DNA of 64,000 nucleotides, from contig CAWHEP010000014.1 in assembly GCA_963828525.1 (NCBI GenBank), forward strand, positions 256,001-320,000. Reading direction: 5' to 3'. The translations under genes were made by a program, and so were the position numbers. Position 1 is the first letter of the stretch. Each line of letters begins with the position of its first letter. This stretch comes from an uncultured Verrucomicrobiae bacterium. GTDB taxonomy: Bacteria > Verrucomicrobiota > Verrucomicrobiia > Chthoniobacterales > Chthoniobacteraceae. Below, one piece after another: positions 52,820 to 61,268 of this stretch. The notes under the pieces were generated by a model that saw only the letters and a list, made by a program, of their open reading frames with translations, was not told where the DNA came from and did no database searches.

Positions 52820-53727
52820 ATGGGGAGCTTGCGTCAAACACTGCCGTTGCTCGCGCTGCTTGCGGCGCAGTACCCGGCGCCGCCGCCGCTTGGGAGATGG
52901 ATCACCACAAGGTGGCGCGTGGCGATACCCTGCTTCGGCTCAGTTGGGAATATGGTGTCAGCCCTGATGCCATCCGGGCCGCCAATCATCTCCGTTCGGA
53001 CGCCCTGCCCGTTGGCACGGACCTTCTCATCCCAAAACCCGCCACAGTGAACGCATCTCCCGAGGAGCCAATCCTCCAAGCGAGGCAATACCCACGCCTC
53101 TGCCGTCCCAATCCCTCGAGCCTCGGAAGGTCTCATCGGCCGACCGGCGAGCGCTTTCTCCAGCGCGCGTGGAACAGCCGCCCCCTCCGCCAGCCGCAAA
53201 AACCTCGATCTCCGGAAAGCCTCACCTTGCTCGCGCGCTCTCTCGCGGGCCAGGACATTTCCTATAATGCGCTTTGGACACCGCCGGGCTGCCATTCCCC
53301 GTGGCGCATGGACTGCTCCAATACCACCCGCTATCTCTACATAGCCGCCGCGGGCATCGATCTAGGGCGCACCGCGTCCGATCAATATGAATTCCTCAGA
53401 AAGAGGGGATGCGCATGGCGGGCGCCAGCCGACTGGCATGGAGTCACGGATGTGGAGCGCCTCGGAGCGCGCCTGAAGGCTGGCGATGTCCTGTTCTGGG
53501 AAAACACCTACAGACCGGAGCGCAGATCTTCCATTACGCATGTCATGGTCTTCCTCGGCGCGGACGAGCAAGGCCACTGGCTCATGGCGGGATCTCGTGG
53601 CCACCATGCCGGCGGCCCCGGCGTTTATCGCTTCGATCCTCACCAGCCGGCGGGCGGCTTCTCCTCGTTCTTCGGCTTGATCCGTCACGAAGGCCGCTTC
53701 TTTGGATTCGGCAGGCCGCTCTCCTAG
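52820..53727 (+). CDS. LysM + NlpC/P60 peptidoglycan peptidase (5' frameshift)
   Basis: LysM HKVARGDTLL...GVSPDAIRAAN; MDCSN, RTASDQ, GDVLFW, ITHVMVFLG. Confidence 0.85.
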
Positions 53728-53815
53728 CTAGACTATCCCGATGGGTCGTGAGGAGTTTGCGCAACCAGGAGTTTCAACTCCGACGAGGCACGCTCCCTGC
53801 TAATCGTTAGTTCTC

Positions 53816-54385
53816 ATGGTGCTTCTTCCTCTATTGCTTGCGGGCGCCGCCCTCACAAGCGGCTCGGAGCCCATAGTGGTCATCAGCGTGCCCGATCAGA
53901 AGATGGCCATCGTGCGGGAAGGCGCGCGCGTCGCCGACTACCAGGTCTCTACTTCAAAGTTTGGTCTCGGCGACACCTTCAGCAGCTATAGGACTCCCAC
54001 GGGAGTCATGACGGTGTGCGAGAAGCTTGGGGGCGCCCTGCCCGTCGGAGCCGTTATCAAACATCGATGCCCCACAGGAGAAATCATCCCGCCGAACGCT
54101 CCGGGCCGCGACCCCATAGTCACGCGCGTCATCCGCCTGCGAGGCCTTGAAATGCGCAACCGCAACGCATATGCCCGTGAGATATACATACATGGCACTC
54201 CACAGGAGAGTTGCATTGGCAAACAAGTTAGCTGGGGCTGCATTCGCATGCGTTCCCGCGACGTCATTGCTCTCTACAACCGCATCAGCGTCGGTGTCCG
54301 CGTTGTAGTAACCGAGAAGCGGCTCGCCGAGGCTCTCCCACGACCCGTCGATACCACAAGGAACCTGTTAGCCTCCGCGCGCTAG
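53816..54385 (+). CDS. L,D-transpeptidase (YkuD family)
   Basis: VSTSKFGLGD, TPTG, IYIHGTP...SWGCIRM. Confidence 0.9.
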   Translation: MVLLPLLLAGAALTSGSEPIVVISVPDQKMAIVREGARVADYQVSTSKFGLGDTFSSYRTPTGVMTVCEKLGGALPVGAVIKHRCPTGEIIPPNAPGRDPIVTRVIRLRGLEMRNRNAYAREIYIHGTPQESCIGKQVSWGCIRMRSRDVIALYNRISVGVRVVVTEKRLAEALPRPVDTTRNLLASAR

Positions 54386-54624
54386 TTGTTTCGCAAACTC
54401 TCGAACAGAGCTTCGCTGTCGGCGCGCTGCGTCGCCAACTCGTCGGAATATACCTTCCCGTATCGAATCACAGCGTTCGCGCGATTCACTGGCCAGCGAA
54501 AGTGCTTGGCCAGTTTCGATGCTTCAAACCCGCAGTCCGAGGCCGTCGCAAAAGCCAGCCAGACGACACCTTGCGGATCTTCAGCGCGTTCTTGCGCCGC
54601 GAGCCGCGTCCGGCGCAATATCAC
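54382..54624 (-). CDS. Small hypothetical protein, possibly a DUF433-like antitoxin remnant
   Basis: VW...KLAKHFRWPVNRANAVIRYGKVYSDEL resembles the helical C-terminal part of DUF433-type proteins (recognition only). Confidence 0.35.
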   Translation of the reverse strand: MILRRTRLAAQERAEDPQGVVWLAFATASDCGFEASKLAKHFRWPVNRANAVIRYGKVYSDELATQRADSEALFESLRNN

Positions 54625-54656
54625 TGGATGAACATTAATAGCTGGCTGGGCAAACC

Positions 54657-55490
54657 ATGAGCGAAAGCTCGCTCATTCCGCACCCTGAGGCTGCCCGTCT
54701 TTTAGATGAGATCGCGCTTTTGCGCGAAGAGGTGGCGCATCTCTTTACGGAGGAGAATGATCTCCTGAAAGTGGTGAAGCCGAATTTGCTCGCGATGTAT
54801 CAGCAGAAGCTGGGCGCGTGGGAATTGCGTGGCTTGAACGCCCAAGTGGCTCTCGCGCGCGCCCGACGACGATTGGAGATGGCGCAGGCGGCGATCAACC
54901 AGGGCAAAACGCCGAATCTCACGGAGATCGAGGGACATCTGGAACTCGAATTTCTGGCGTGGGAGCAAAAGATCAGGGAGGCCGCCGAGCGGCTCGAAGC
55001 CGCGAAACACCGGTTCGACACTCTTCTTCCAGACCCCGAAAATCGCGAACTCAAGAAACTCTATTACGCGGTGGTGAAAAGGCTTCATCCCGATCTGAAC
55101 CCCGCGCTGAGTGAAGATCAGCGGCGCCTTTGGCTGCGCGTCCAGGATGCTTATGAGAAGGCTGATGTGAATGAATTGCGCGCCTTGATGCTACTCATCG
55201 AAGAACCTGCCGCCGTTGGGACGCCGCCCGCCACCCTCGAGGTTCTACGTAAAGATCGGCAGACCCTTCGGGATCACATCGCGGCGATGCTGAAGAGGAT
55301 CGAGGCTGTCGAGAGCAAGCCCCCGTTTTCCTTGCGTCCTCAACTGGCCGATGAAGCCTGGCTTGAGAAAAGGCGCGAGGAGATAGAGGCTCAGATCAAA
55401 GAGCGGGACGCGCAACGCGCCGCGCTGGAAGAACACCTCGCAACCCTGCTGCCTCCGCCTGGCCATGGAACAATCTTTGGCAATAATTGA
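54657..55490 (+). CDS. Coiled-coil protein with a central J-domain
   Basis: Long helical arms flank LKKLYYAVVKRLHPDLNP...LWLRVQDAYE (HPD motif). Confidence 0.85.
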   Translation: MSESSLIPHPEAARLLDEIALLREEVAHLFTEENDLLKVVKPNLLAMYQQKLGAWELRGLNAQVALARARRRLEMAQAAINQGKTPNLTEIEGHLELEFLAWEQKIREAAERLEAAKHRFDTLLPDPENRELKKLYYAVVKRLHPDLNPALSEDQRRLWLRVQDAYEKADVNELRALMLLIEEPAAVGTPPATLEVLRKDRQTLRDHIAAMLKRIEAVESKPPFSLRPQLADEAWLEKRREEIEAQIKERDAQRAALEEHLATLLPPPGHGTIFGNN

Positions 55491-55863
55491 TCCGGCGCTT
55501 CTAGCGCTGATGCGCGGCTCCTTCGGAAAGGATGGCGGGTTGATGCCATTCGTCCGGGAGATCATGCTCGTGGAATGTCACATCGCGGGCACGAGCCACA
55601 CCACGGCGAAGGATATAGAGCCGCTGCTCGCGCCGGGCGCGTTGCTCGTTCTGAAGCGCGAGATGGATAACTCGCACGACCCACTTGCGATCATGATCTT
55701 CGCGGAAAGCGGCGAGCGCGTTGGCTATGTGCCGCGCGCAAAGAACGAAGCTCTGGCGCGTCTCATGGACGCGGGCAAGATGCTCTTTGCCCGGATCGAA
55801 TCAAAAGCCTGGCAGGGCGATTGGCTGAAGGTGGGCGTCCGAATTTACCTGCGGGACATGTAA
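55465..55863 (+). CDS. Stand-alone HIRAN domain protein
   Basis: HIAGTSH, LVLKREMDNSHDPLAI, VGYVPRAKN..LARLMD.G. Confidence 0.88.
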   Translation: MEQSLAIIDPALLALMRGSFGKDGGLMPFVREIMLVECHIAGTSHTTAKDIEPLLAPGALLVLKREMDNSHDPLAIMIFAESGERVGYVPRAKNEALARLMDAGKMLFARIESKAWQGDWLKVGVRIYLRDM

Positions 55864-55872
55864 CCGGCCGGC

Positions 55873-56376
55873 ATGACCGTTCTACAAGCCGTCCAGGCCG
55901 ATATCACAACGCTGAAAGTAGATGCGATTGTGAATGCCGCAAACTCTTCCCTCCTGGGGGGCGGCGGGGTTGATGGCGCCATCCATCGCGCCGCTGGCCG
56001 CGAGTTGCTGGAGGAGTGCCGCGCGCTCGGAGGCTGCGAGACTGGCGATGCCAAGCTGACCAAAGGGTACGGCTTGCCTGCAAAGTTCGTCATTCACACC
56101 GTAGGCCCTGTTTGGAGCGGCGGAACGCGCGGTGAACCGGCACTGCTCGCTTCCTGTTATCGTCGATCTCTGGAACTTGCGGAGGAGTATCAGGCGCGCA
56201 CGGTCGCGTTCCCGGCCATTAGCACGGGAATTTACGGATATCCGATCCGGGAAGCCGCCGTGGTGGCGATCGCTACCGTACGCGCGTTTGTCGACGCTAC
56301 GAACAAAATCGACGAGGTGACGTTTTGCTGCTTCTCCAGCGCCGACCTTCAGCTTTACCTGCGCCTCCTCTCTTAA
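55873..56376 (+). CDS. Macrodomain ADP-ribosyl hydrolase/O-acetyl-ADP-ribose deacetylase (MacroD/YmdB type)
   Basis: [47 protein letters not shown]. Confidence 0.95.
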   Translation: MTVLQAVQADITTLKVDAIVNAANSSLLGGGGVDGAIHRAAGRELLEECRALGGCETGDAKLTKGYGLPAKFVIHTVGPVWSGGTRGEPALLASCYRRSLELAEEYQARTVAFPAISTGIYGYPIREAAVVAIATVRAFVDATNKIDEVTFCCFSSADLQLYLRLLS

Positions 56377-56400
56377 CCCCGACCTGCTAAACGCCAAGGG

Positions 56401-57355
56401 ATCGGGTGGAGCTGACGGGATTGCGCCCGTCAGCCCTCCCACACCACCGGACGTGCGGTTTTCCGCATCCGGCGGTTGAACTCGGCGCCTGTCACCCTTG
56501 TGCAGGCGCGAAGACCCATGGAAGGATCAACCCATATCGGTTTAACGTCGCATTGCGCAGCGCCCGCTGGAGGACTGGATTGTGCGCGACGGCCCAGGCT
56601 CCGGCACTGGGGTACGCCATCCCCAACGATCGGCCTTCGATGCCCAGCCTTCGCAAGGCTCTCAACCGTCCGCGGGGGTGATGCCACCGCTGCCAGAAGC
56701 ATTTGCGCATGTGCCGACGAACCCATCCGCTCAGGTCCTCCATTCCCGCCGCCATTCGGCCAACTGGAAGTAGTTCCACCAGCCTCGGATGTAGCTCTGC
56801 CATTGCTCGCGCAATTCCTGGCTCGCTCGTGCCTGGCGCGCACTCCAGCACGTCTCGCACCTCGCTCCTTGAAGCGTTGGACACTGCCTTGGGGCTGACC
56901 CCCACTCGTCCATCCTCGTAGAGCCGGAACCCCAGCAGACTGCGTCCCGCCGGTTGGCCCCGCTCCGCTCTTCTCGCGGTTGACTTCCAACCCCAACTCC
57001 TTCTCCAGCCACGCGATGATGCTTTGCAGGATGCGCTCGGCCGCCCGCTGGCTTGAAGCGTAGATCGCGATGTCATCGGCATAGCGCACGAAAGCGACCC
57101 GCGTCTCTCCAACTCCTTGTCCAGCGGGTCGAGGTAGATGTTGGCCAGCAGCGGACTTAAGGGCCCGCCTTGCGGCGTGCCCTCTGGCATTTCCTGCACC
57201 ACTCCATTGAGCATCACCCCGGCCTTGAGATACCGCCCAATCAAGGTTCGCACTCTTACATCGCCCACGGTCTCCCGCAGCCGGTACATCAGCAAATCGT
57301 GGTTCACACGGTCGAAGAACTTTTCGATGTCCATGTCCACTGCGATTCGGTAAGA
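56401..57355 (-). mobile_element. 5'-truncated group IIC intron (domains V-VI intact, partial reverse transcriptase)
   Basis: Minus-strand 3' end AACCGCCGGATGCGGAAAACCGCACGTCCGGTGGTGTGGGAGGG (DV, CGC triad) then GCTGACGGGCGCAATCCCGTCAGCTCCACCCGAT (DVI, AT terminus at 56401). Confidence 0.9.
56492..57355 (-). pseudogene. ltrA: Group II intron reverse transcriptase/maturase fragment (RT3 to thumb, no En domain)
   Basis: VDMDIEKFFDRVNHD, TPQGGPLSPLLANIYL, FVRYADD (other frame), LGF, GWWNYF, WVRRHMRKCFWQRW; the N-terminus is missing. Confidence 0.9.
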
Positions 57356-57454
57356 TCCATCCATATCTATTTATACACCTACATATAGCGTACAGGTACA
57401 ATTTCCGGACACTTTTTCATTTATGAGATTCCTTCTAAGCTCGTTCTAGCCATT

Positions 57455-57889
57455 ATGAAAAATATGATAAAAAAGACTTTTTCGTGTGGAGCGGGTGGAT
57501 GCTTGATTTTGATCGCATCTCCAATTGCGTACTTCACTCTTCAGAATGTGAACGAAAAGTATTTGCATCCAGAGCACGCCCACTCTTTCGGAATCTATCT
57601 CATATATGGACGTTTTAGGATAGTCGAGCCATGGGGCAATGTTTGTGTCCTTGCGGCTTCGTTGGTGATTTTTATTATAGCGCTTCGGTTTATAGTCAGC
57701 GGTATGACTTGGCGGTTAAGTTTCGTCGCAATGTTTGTCGTTGTGATGTTAATTGGGGGATTGTTTGAACTGTTTTCTCTCCACGGGCTGGTAGAATTCG
57801 AGCGTTTCTGGTACAACTGGTTTACAACAGAAAAGCGCCCACCTTCAGCTTTCCGTGCGTCTCCTCTCTTAAAGCATGAGAACCCATAA
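57455..57889 (+). CDS. AT-rich orphan membrane protein (about 3 TM helices)
   Basis: Clean ATG-TAA ORF with hydrophobic segments, visibly lower GC than its flanks. Confidence 0.7.
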   Translation: MKNMIKKTFSCGAGGCLILIASPIAYFTLQNVNEKYLHPEHAHSFGIYLIYGRFRIVEPWGNVCVLAASLVIFIIALRFIVSGMTWRLSFVAMFVVVMLIGGLFELFSLHGLVEFERFWYNWFTTEKRPPSAFRASPLLKHENP

Positions 57890-59105
57890 CTAGGCGACCA
57901 ACTCAACAAGCTTCATCAGATTCTCTCCAAATCGATCAAGTCCGTATTCGCGTATCTTTTCTCTCGCCCTCAACGCCATGGAAGCTCGCAACGTTGCGGA
58001 AGAGGCCATCCGCTGAAAACAATCGGCCAACTGCTCGGGGTCGCGAGGATCGAAGACAAAACCCGCGGCGCGGAGGTGCGATTGGTCGCCTGCGAGTGGC
58101 GGCAGGAGGTCGCGCGCGCATCCCGCGGCGTCGCTGACCAGCACTGGAAGGCCGCTGGCCATCGCTTCGTTAACCACGAGACCCCACTCCTCTTCGATGC
58201 TCGGGAGAACAAAGCACGCGGCCAGCGCAAAAAAGGCGGGCAGTTCGTCGATGCGGCGCGAACCGTAGAGGGAGACGCAAGGGCCTGCGGTTCCTGGCGA
58301 TGATGTGGCGTCCGCCCCGGACAGCCGCGCAATCGCGTAGGGGAAGCCGAAGCCGTTTGCACTCGGCGCGGACTTCAGAAGCGAGCGGGCCATCTCCCAC
58401 ATGCACAAGGTCGAACGCCGCGGCGCCGGCCTGCTTGAGATAAAGTCCGTAAGCGGCGAGTAGCACATGCAGATTTTTCTTTGGCACCAGACGGGCGACG
58501 TTCAGGAAGTAGTTCTCCGGAAGCTGGAACTTTGAGCGATGCGCCGCGGGTTCCGAACGCGCGTTTTCGGCCTGCTTCCAGAAGAACTCGTTATCCACAC
58601 AGTCGTACCCGTCTTGGATCCGGCCGGGGGCAAATCCCTGACTCTCGAGATACTCACGGTGCGGTATGCCGCCAACCAGCGCCGCCGAGTAGGAGCAAAC
58701 CAGCGTCCGCTTTGCCCAACCCGCGAGGCCCGACCTTTTCCCGGTCGCCGAGTGGCTTTCGGTCATGAGGATGCGGGGAATGCCTCGCGCCATCGCCAGG
58801 AGGCCAAGCAATGCGATGGAGAGAGGCCAGTATCCGGCAAGCACCACCACATCGGGCCGCTGGTTCCGGAGGAAGCGGCTCCATGCGGAGGAGATTTCGA
58901 AAGGACTCACATCTCCATCCGAGCCGCGCTTGCAAAGAATCTCGACCCGAAGGCCAGTGTCAGGCGTCCACTGGTGGGCCAAAGCTGGCGCGGTAATTCC
59001 GACAGGAATAAGCGTGTGCCCTTTCCTTTCGCATACCCGCTCGAAAGCGGACGCTCTCGCGTAGTGATAGGGGCTGAAGCTTGAAAAGAGGATCGCAATC
59101 TTCAT
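57890..59105 (-). CDS. Glycosyltransferase family 4 (frameshifted)
   Basis: SPYHYAR, DCVDNEFF, VARLVPKKNL, EEWGLVVNEAMASGLPV. Confidence 0.9.
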
Positions 59106-59200
59106 TGGGTGTCGCGGCAGAAGTTCCCCTGCGGGGCCGGACGGATGCTGCAATACTCATCGCCCGCTGGCAAAGGGAAAACGAGGAGCTATGTTGCGGG

Positions 59201-59582
59201 ATGGGATGCGCTATCCGCGAACTGAAAGATTTGCAGGTGACGGTGGACAAGGTGGTTTATATGCCGCAACTGGAGTGTCCGCCAGACAGGCCGTTTCCCT
59301 TCGCGTATTACATCACGATTCACAACCGCTCGGATGAAGTCCTGACAATCAAGGGCCGGAAATGGGTGGTGACCGACGCCAATAACCACCGAATCGTCGT
59401 GGAGGGGGACGGAGTGGTGGGGAAGTTTCCCTGCCTCGCTCCCGGTGAGAAATTTTCCTATAACAGCTACCACGTGATCGCTTCGGAAAGCGTGGCCGAA
59501 GGCTCCTTCCTCGCGCGTCAACGAGGATGGCAGCGCCATCTTCGCGCGCATCCCTTCGTTCCGTCTGAAGGTGCCTGTTTAA
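59201..59582 (+). CDS. apaG: ApaG domain protein (frameshift near 59515)
   Basis: FAYYITIHN, GRKWVVTDA, VEGDGVVGKFPCLAPGEKFSYNS. Confidence 0.9.
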
Positions 59583-60152
59583 GATGGCTTGCCCGCGCAT
59601 TCGGTGACGACCAGGTCGACGCGCTGGTCGTGCGATTCAGTGGGAATGAGCGGGAAAACCTGCGTCTCGAAACAGATGCCCAGCCGCAGCGCGCGAAGTT
59701 CAGGGTCTGCGAGCAGGCGGTCGTAGTAGCCGCCGCCGCGGCCAAGGCGTTTCCCGCATCGCGCGTGAAAGCGAGTCCCGGAACGAGGATGAGGTCGATG
59801 TCGGCAGGTGGAACAACTTCCCCGTCGCATCGCCGGTTCGCGAAGGTTCCATTTGGAATGCGTCAGTCGGGACGTACTTTCGACAGCGACGAGCGAAAGG
59901 AGTCAGTCCCTTCCACGCGCGGATAGCAAAGAGCTTTGTCGCCGGCGCTGGCGTCCGCCCATAGAAGGTCAACATTCGGCTCCCTCGCTTGCGCCGCGTA
60001 AAGGCACACAGCGCGCGCTTGCCTCCAGGCGTCTGTTTTGACAATGGCGGCGCGGATGGCCATGGACGCGGCCGCCCGTTCTCGAAGCTGTCAGAAGCGA
60101 CAGCCTTTCCCGGACAATTCCGCGCACACGCTGCTTTGCTTATATTCCCCAT
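59579..60152 (-). CDS. 5-formyltetrahydrofolate cyclo-ligase (frameshifted)
   Basis: LYAAQAREPN, YPRV, LVPGLAF, RLGRGGGYYDR, ESHDQRVDLVVTE. Confidence 0.88.
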
Positions 60153-60226
60153 TTCGGTCGTATTTACGAGACCAAATTCATTGCTTGCGCCAGAAAATCG
60201 CCATACTAGCTGATAAGCAGGCTGTC

Positions 60227-61207
60227 GTGGTGCCAAATCCTTTCGACAAAAAACGCAGCGCGGTGAAACGCTCCAACGGAGCGGCTAACGGTTCCGACCG
60301 CCACCAGGGAACGACTCCTGCCGCTCGGCCCAAAAAAGTCGGGCTCAAGCCGAGTTCGGGATGGCATAAGCGCAATTTTCTCACGCAGGTGCTGATCCCT
60401 TCGCTATTCACGCGGCGTCTCGGCAACCATCTCGAGGCGCTCTTCCCTGAACTGAAACCGCCGGAGATCGGCATCACATGGATCGGACACGCGTCCTTCC
60501 TCATCCAGACGCATGGCATCAATATTCTCGTGGACCCAAATTGGGCGCGGTGGCTGAAAGTCATCAAGAGAGTGCGGCATCCCGGGATACACCTCCACGA
60601 TCTGCCTGACATCGATCTCGTCCTGGTCACTCACGCGCATTTCGATCACCTCGACCGTAAAACGTTGCGCGAGGTTGCGCAGGATCAACCCATCGTCGTC
60701 CCCTTCGAAGTGGGCAATCTCGTGCATGATCTTGGATTTCACAGCGTGCATGAGCTGAATTATTGGGAGACCTACCGTTTCGGACCTCTTCGGATCACGC
60801 TGACACCCTGCCACCATTGGGGGGCGAGGATGTTGCATGACTCTCATCGCGGCTTCGGCGGCTACATCATCGAGGTCGCCGGCCGGTCGATCTTCCATTG
60901 TGGCGATACCGCGTTCTTTGATGGCTTCAAGGAGATCGGCGAGCGCTACGATGTGGAGCTCGCGCTGCTGCCCATCGGCGCGTACGATCCCCCAAGCGGG
61001 CGCGAGGTTCACATGAACCCCGAGGAAGCCGTGCAAGCCTTTATCGCGTTAAAGGCGAAGAAGTTGATTCCGATGCACTACGGAAGTTTCAGGCTGAGCT
61101 ACGAACCCTTGAATGAGCCTCCCGAGAGACTTTCCGCGTCGGCGCGGAAACTCGGCATCGAGGATAAAATCTGCGTGATGACCGAAGGCCAGCCAATGGT
61201 GTTCTGA
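60227..61207 (+). CDS. MBL-fold metallo-hydrolase (NAPE-PLD-like)
   Basis: TWIGHASFL, THAHFDH, HHWGAR, GDT, LPIGAY, HMNPEEA, PMHYG. Confidence 0.9.
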   Translation: MVPNPFDKKRSAVKRSNGAANGSDRHQGTTPAARPKKVGLKPSSGWHKRNFLTQVLIPSLFTRRLGNHLEALFPELKPPEIGITWIGHASFLIQTHGINILVDPNWARWLKVIKRVRHPGIHLHDLPDIDLVLVTHAHFDHLDRKTLREVAQDQPIVVPFEVGNLVHDLGFHSVHELNYWETYRFGPLRITLTPCHHWGARMLHDSHRGFGGYIIEVAGRSIFHCGDTAFFDGFKEIGERYDVELALLPIGAYDPPSGREVHMNPEEAVQAFIALKAKKLIPMHYGSFRLSYEPLNEPPERLSASARKLGIEDKICVMTEGQPMVF

Positions 61208-61268
61208 TCTTTTGGCGGAACTGAAGATCGCTCGTTGCCATTCCGGACTGAAACGGTAATCGTCTTTG

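Noticed and set aside
56370..56400. Integron attC site targeted by a IIC-attC intron
   Set aside because: No convincing RYYYAAC...GTTRRRY pairing, the intron 3' junction is not in the AAC/AA context, and there is no integrase in the window.
56492..57355. Retron, DGR or defence-associated reverse transcriptase linked to the J/HIRAN/Macro operon
   Set aside because: The RT has group II maturase motifs, is followed by canonical DV/DVI, is truncated, and lies on the opposite strand.
60153..60226. 6S RNA upstream of the 5-FTHF cyclo-ligase
   Set aside because: Only ~75 nt separate the divergent genes, too short for a ~180-nt 6S RNA.
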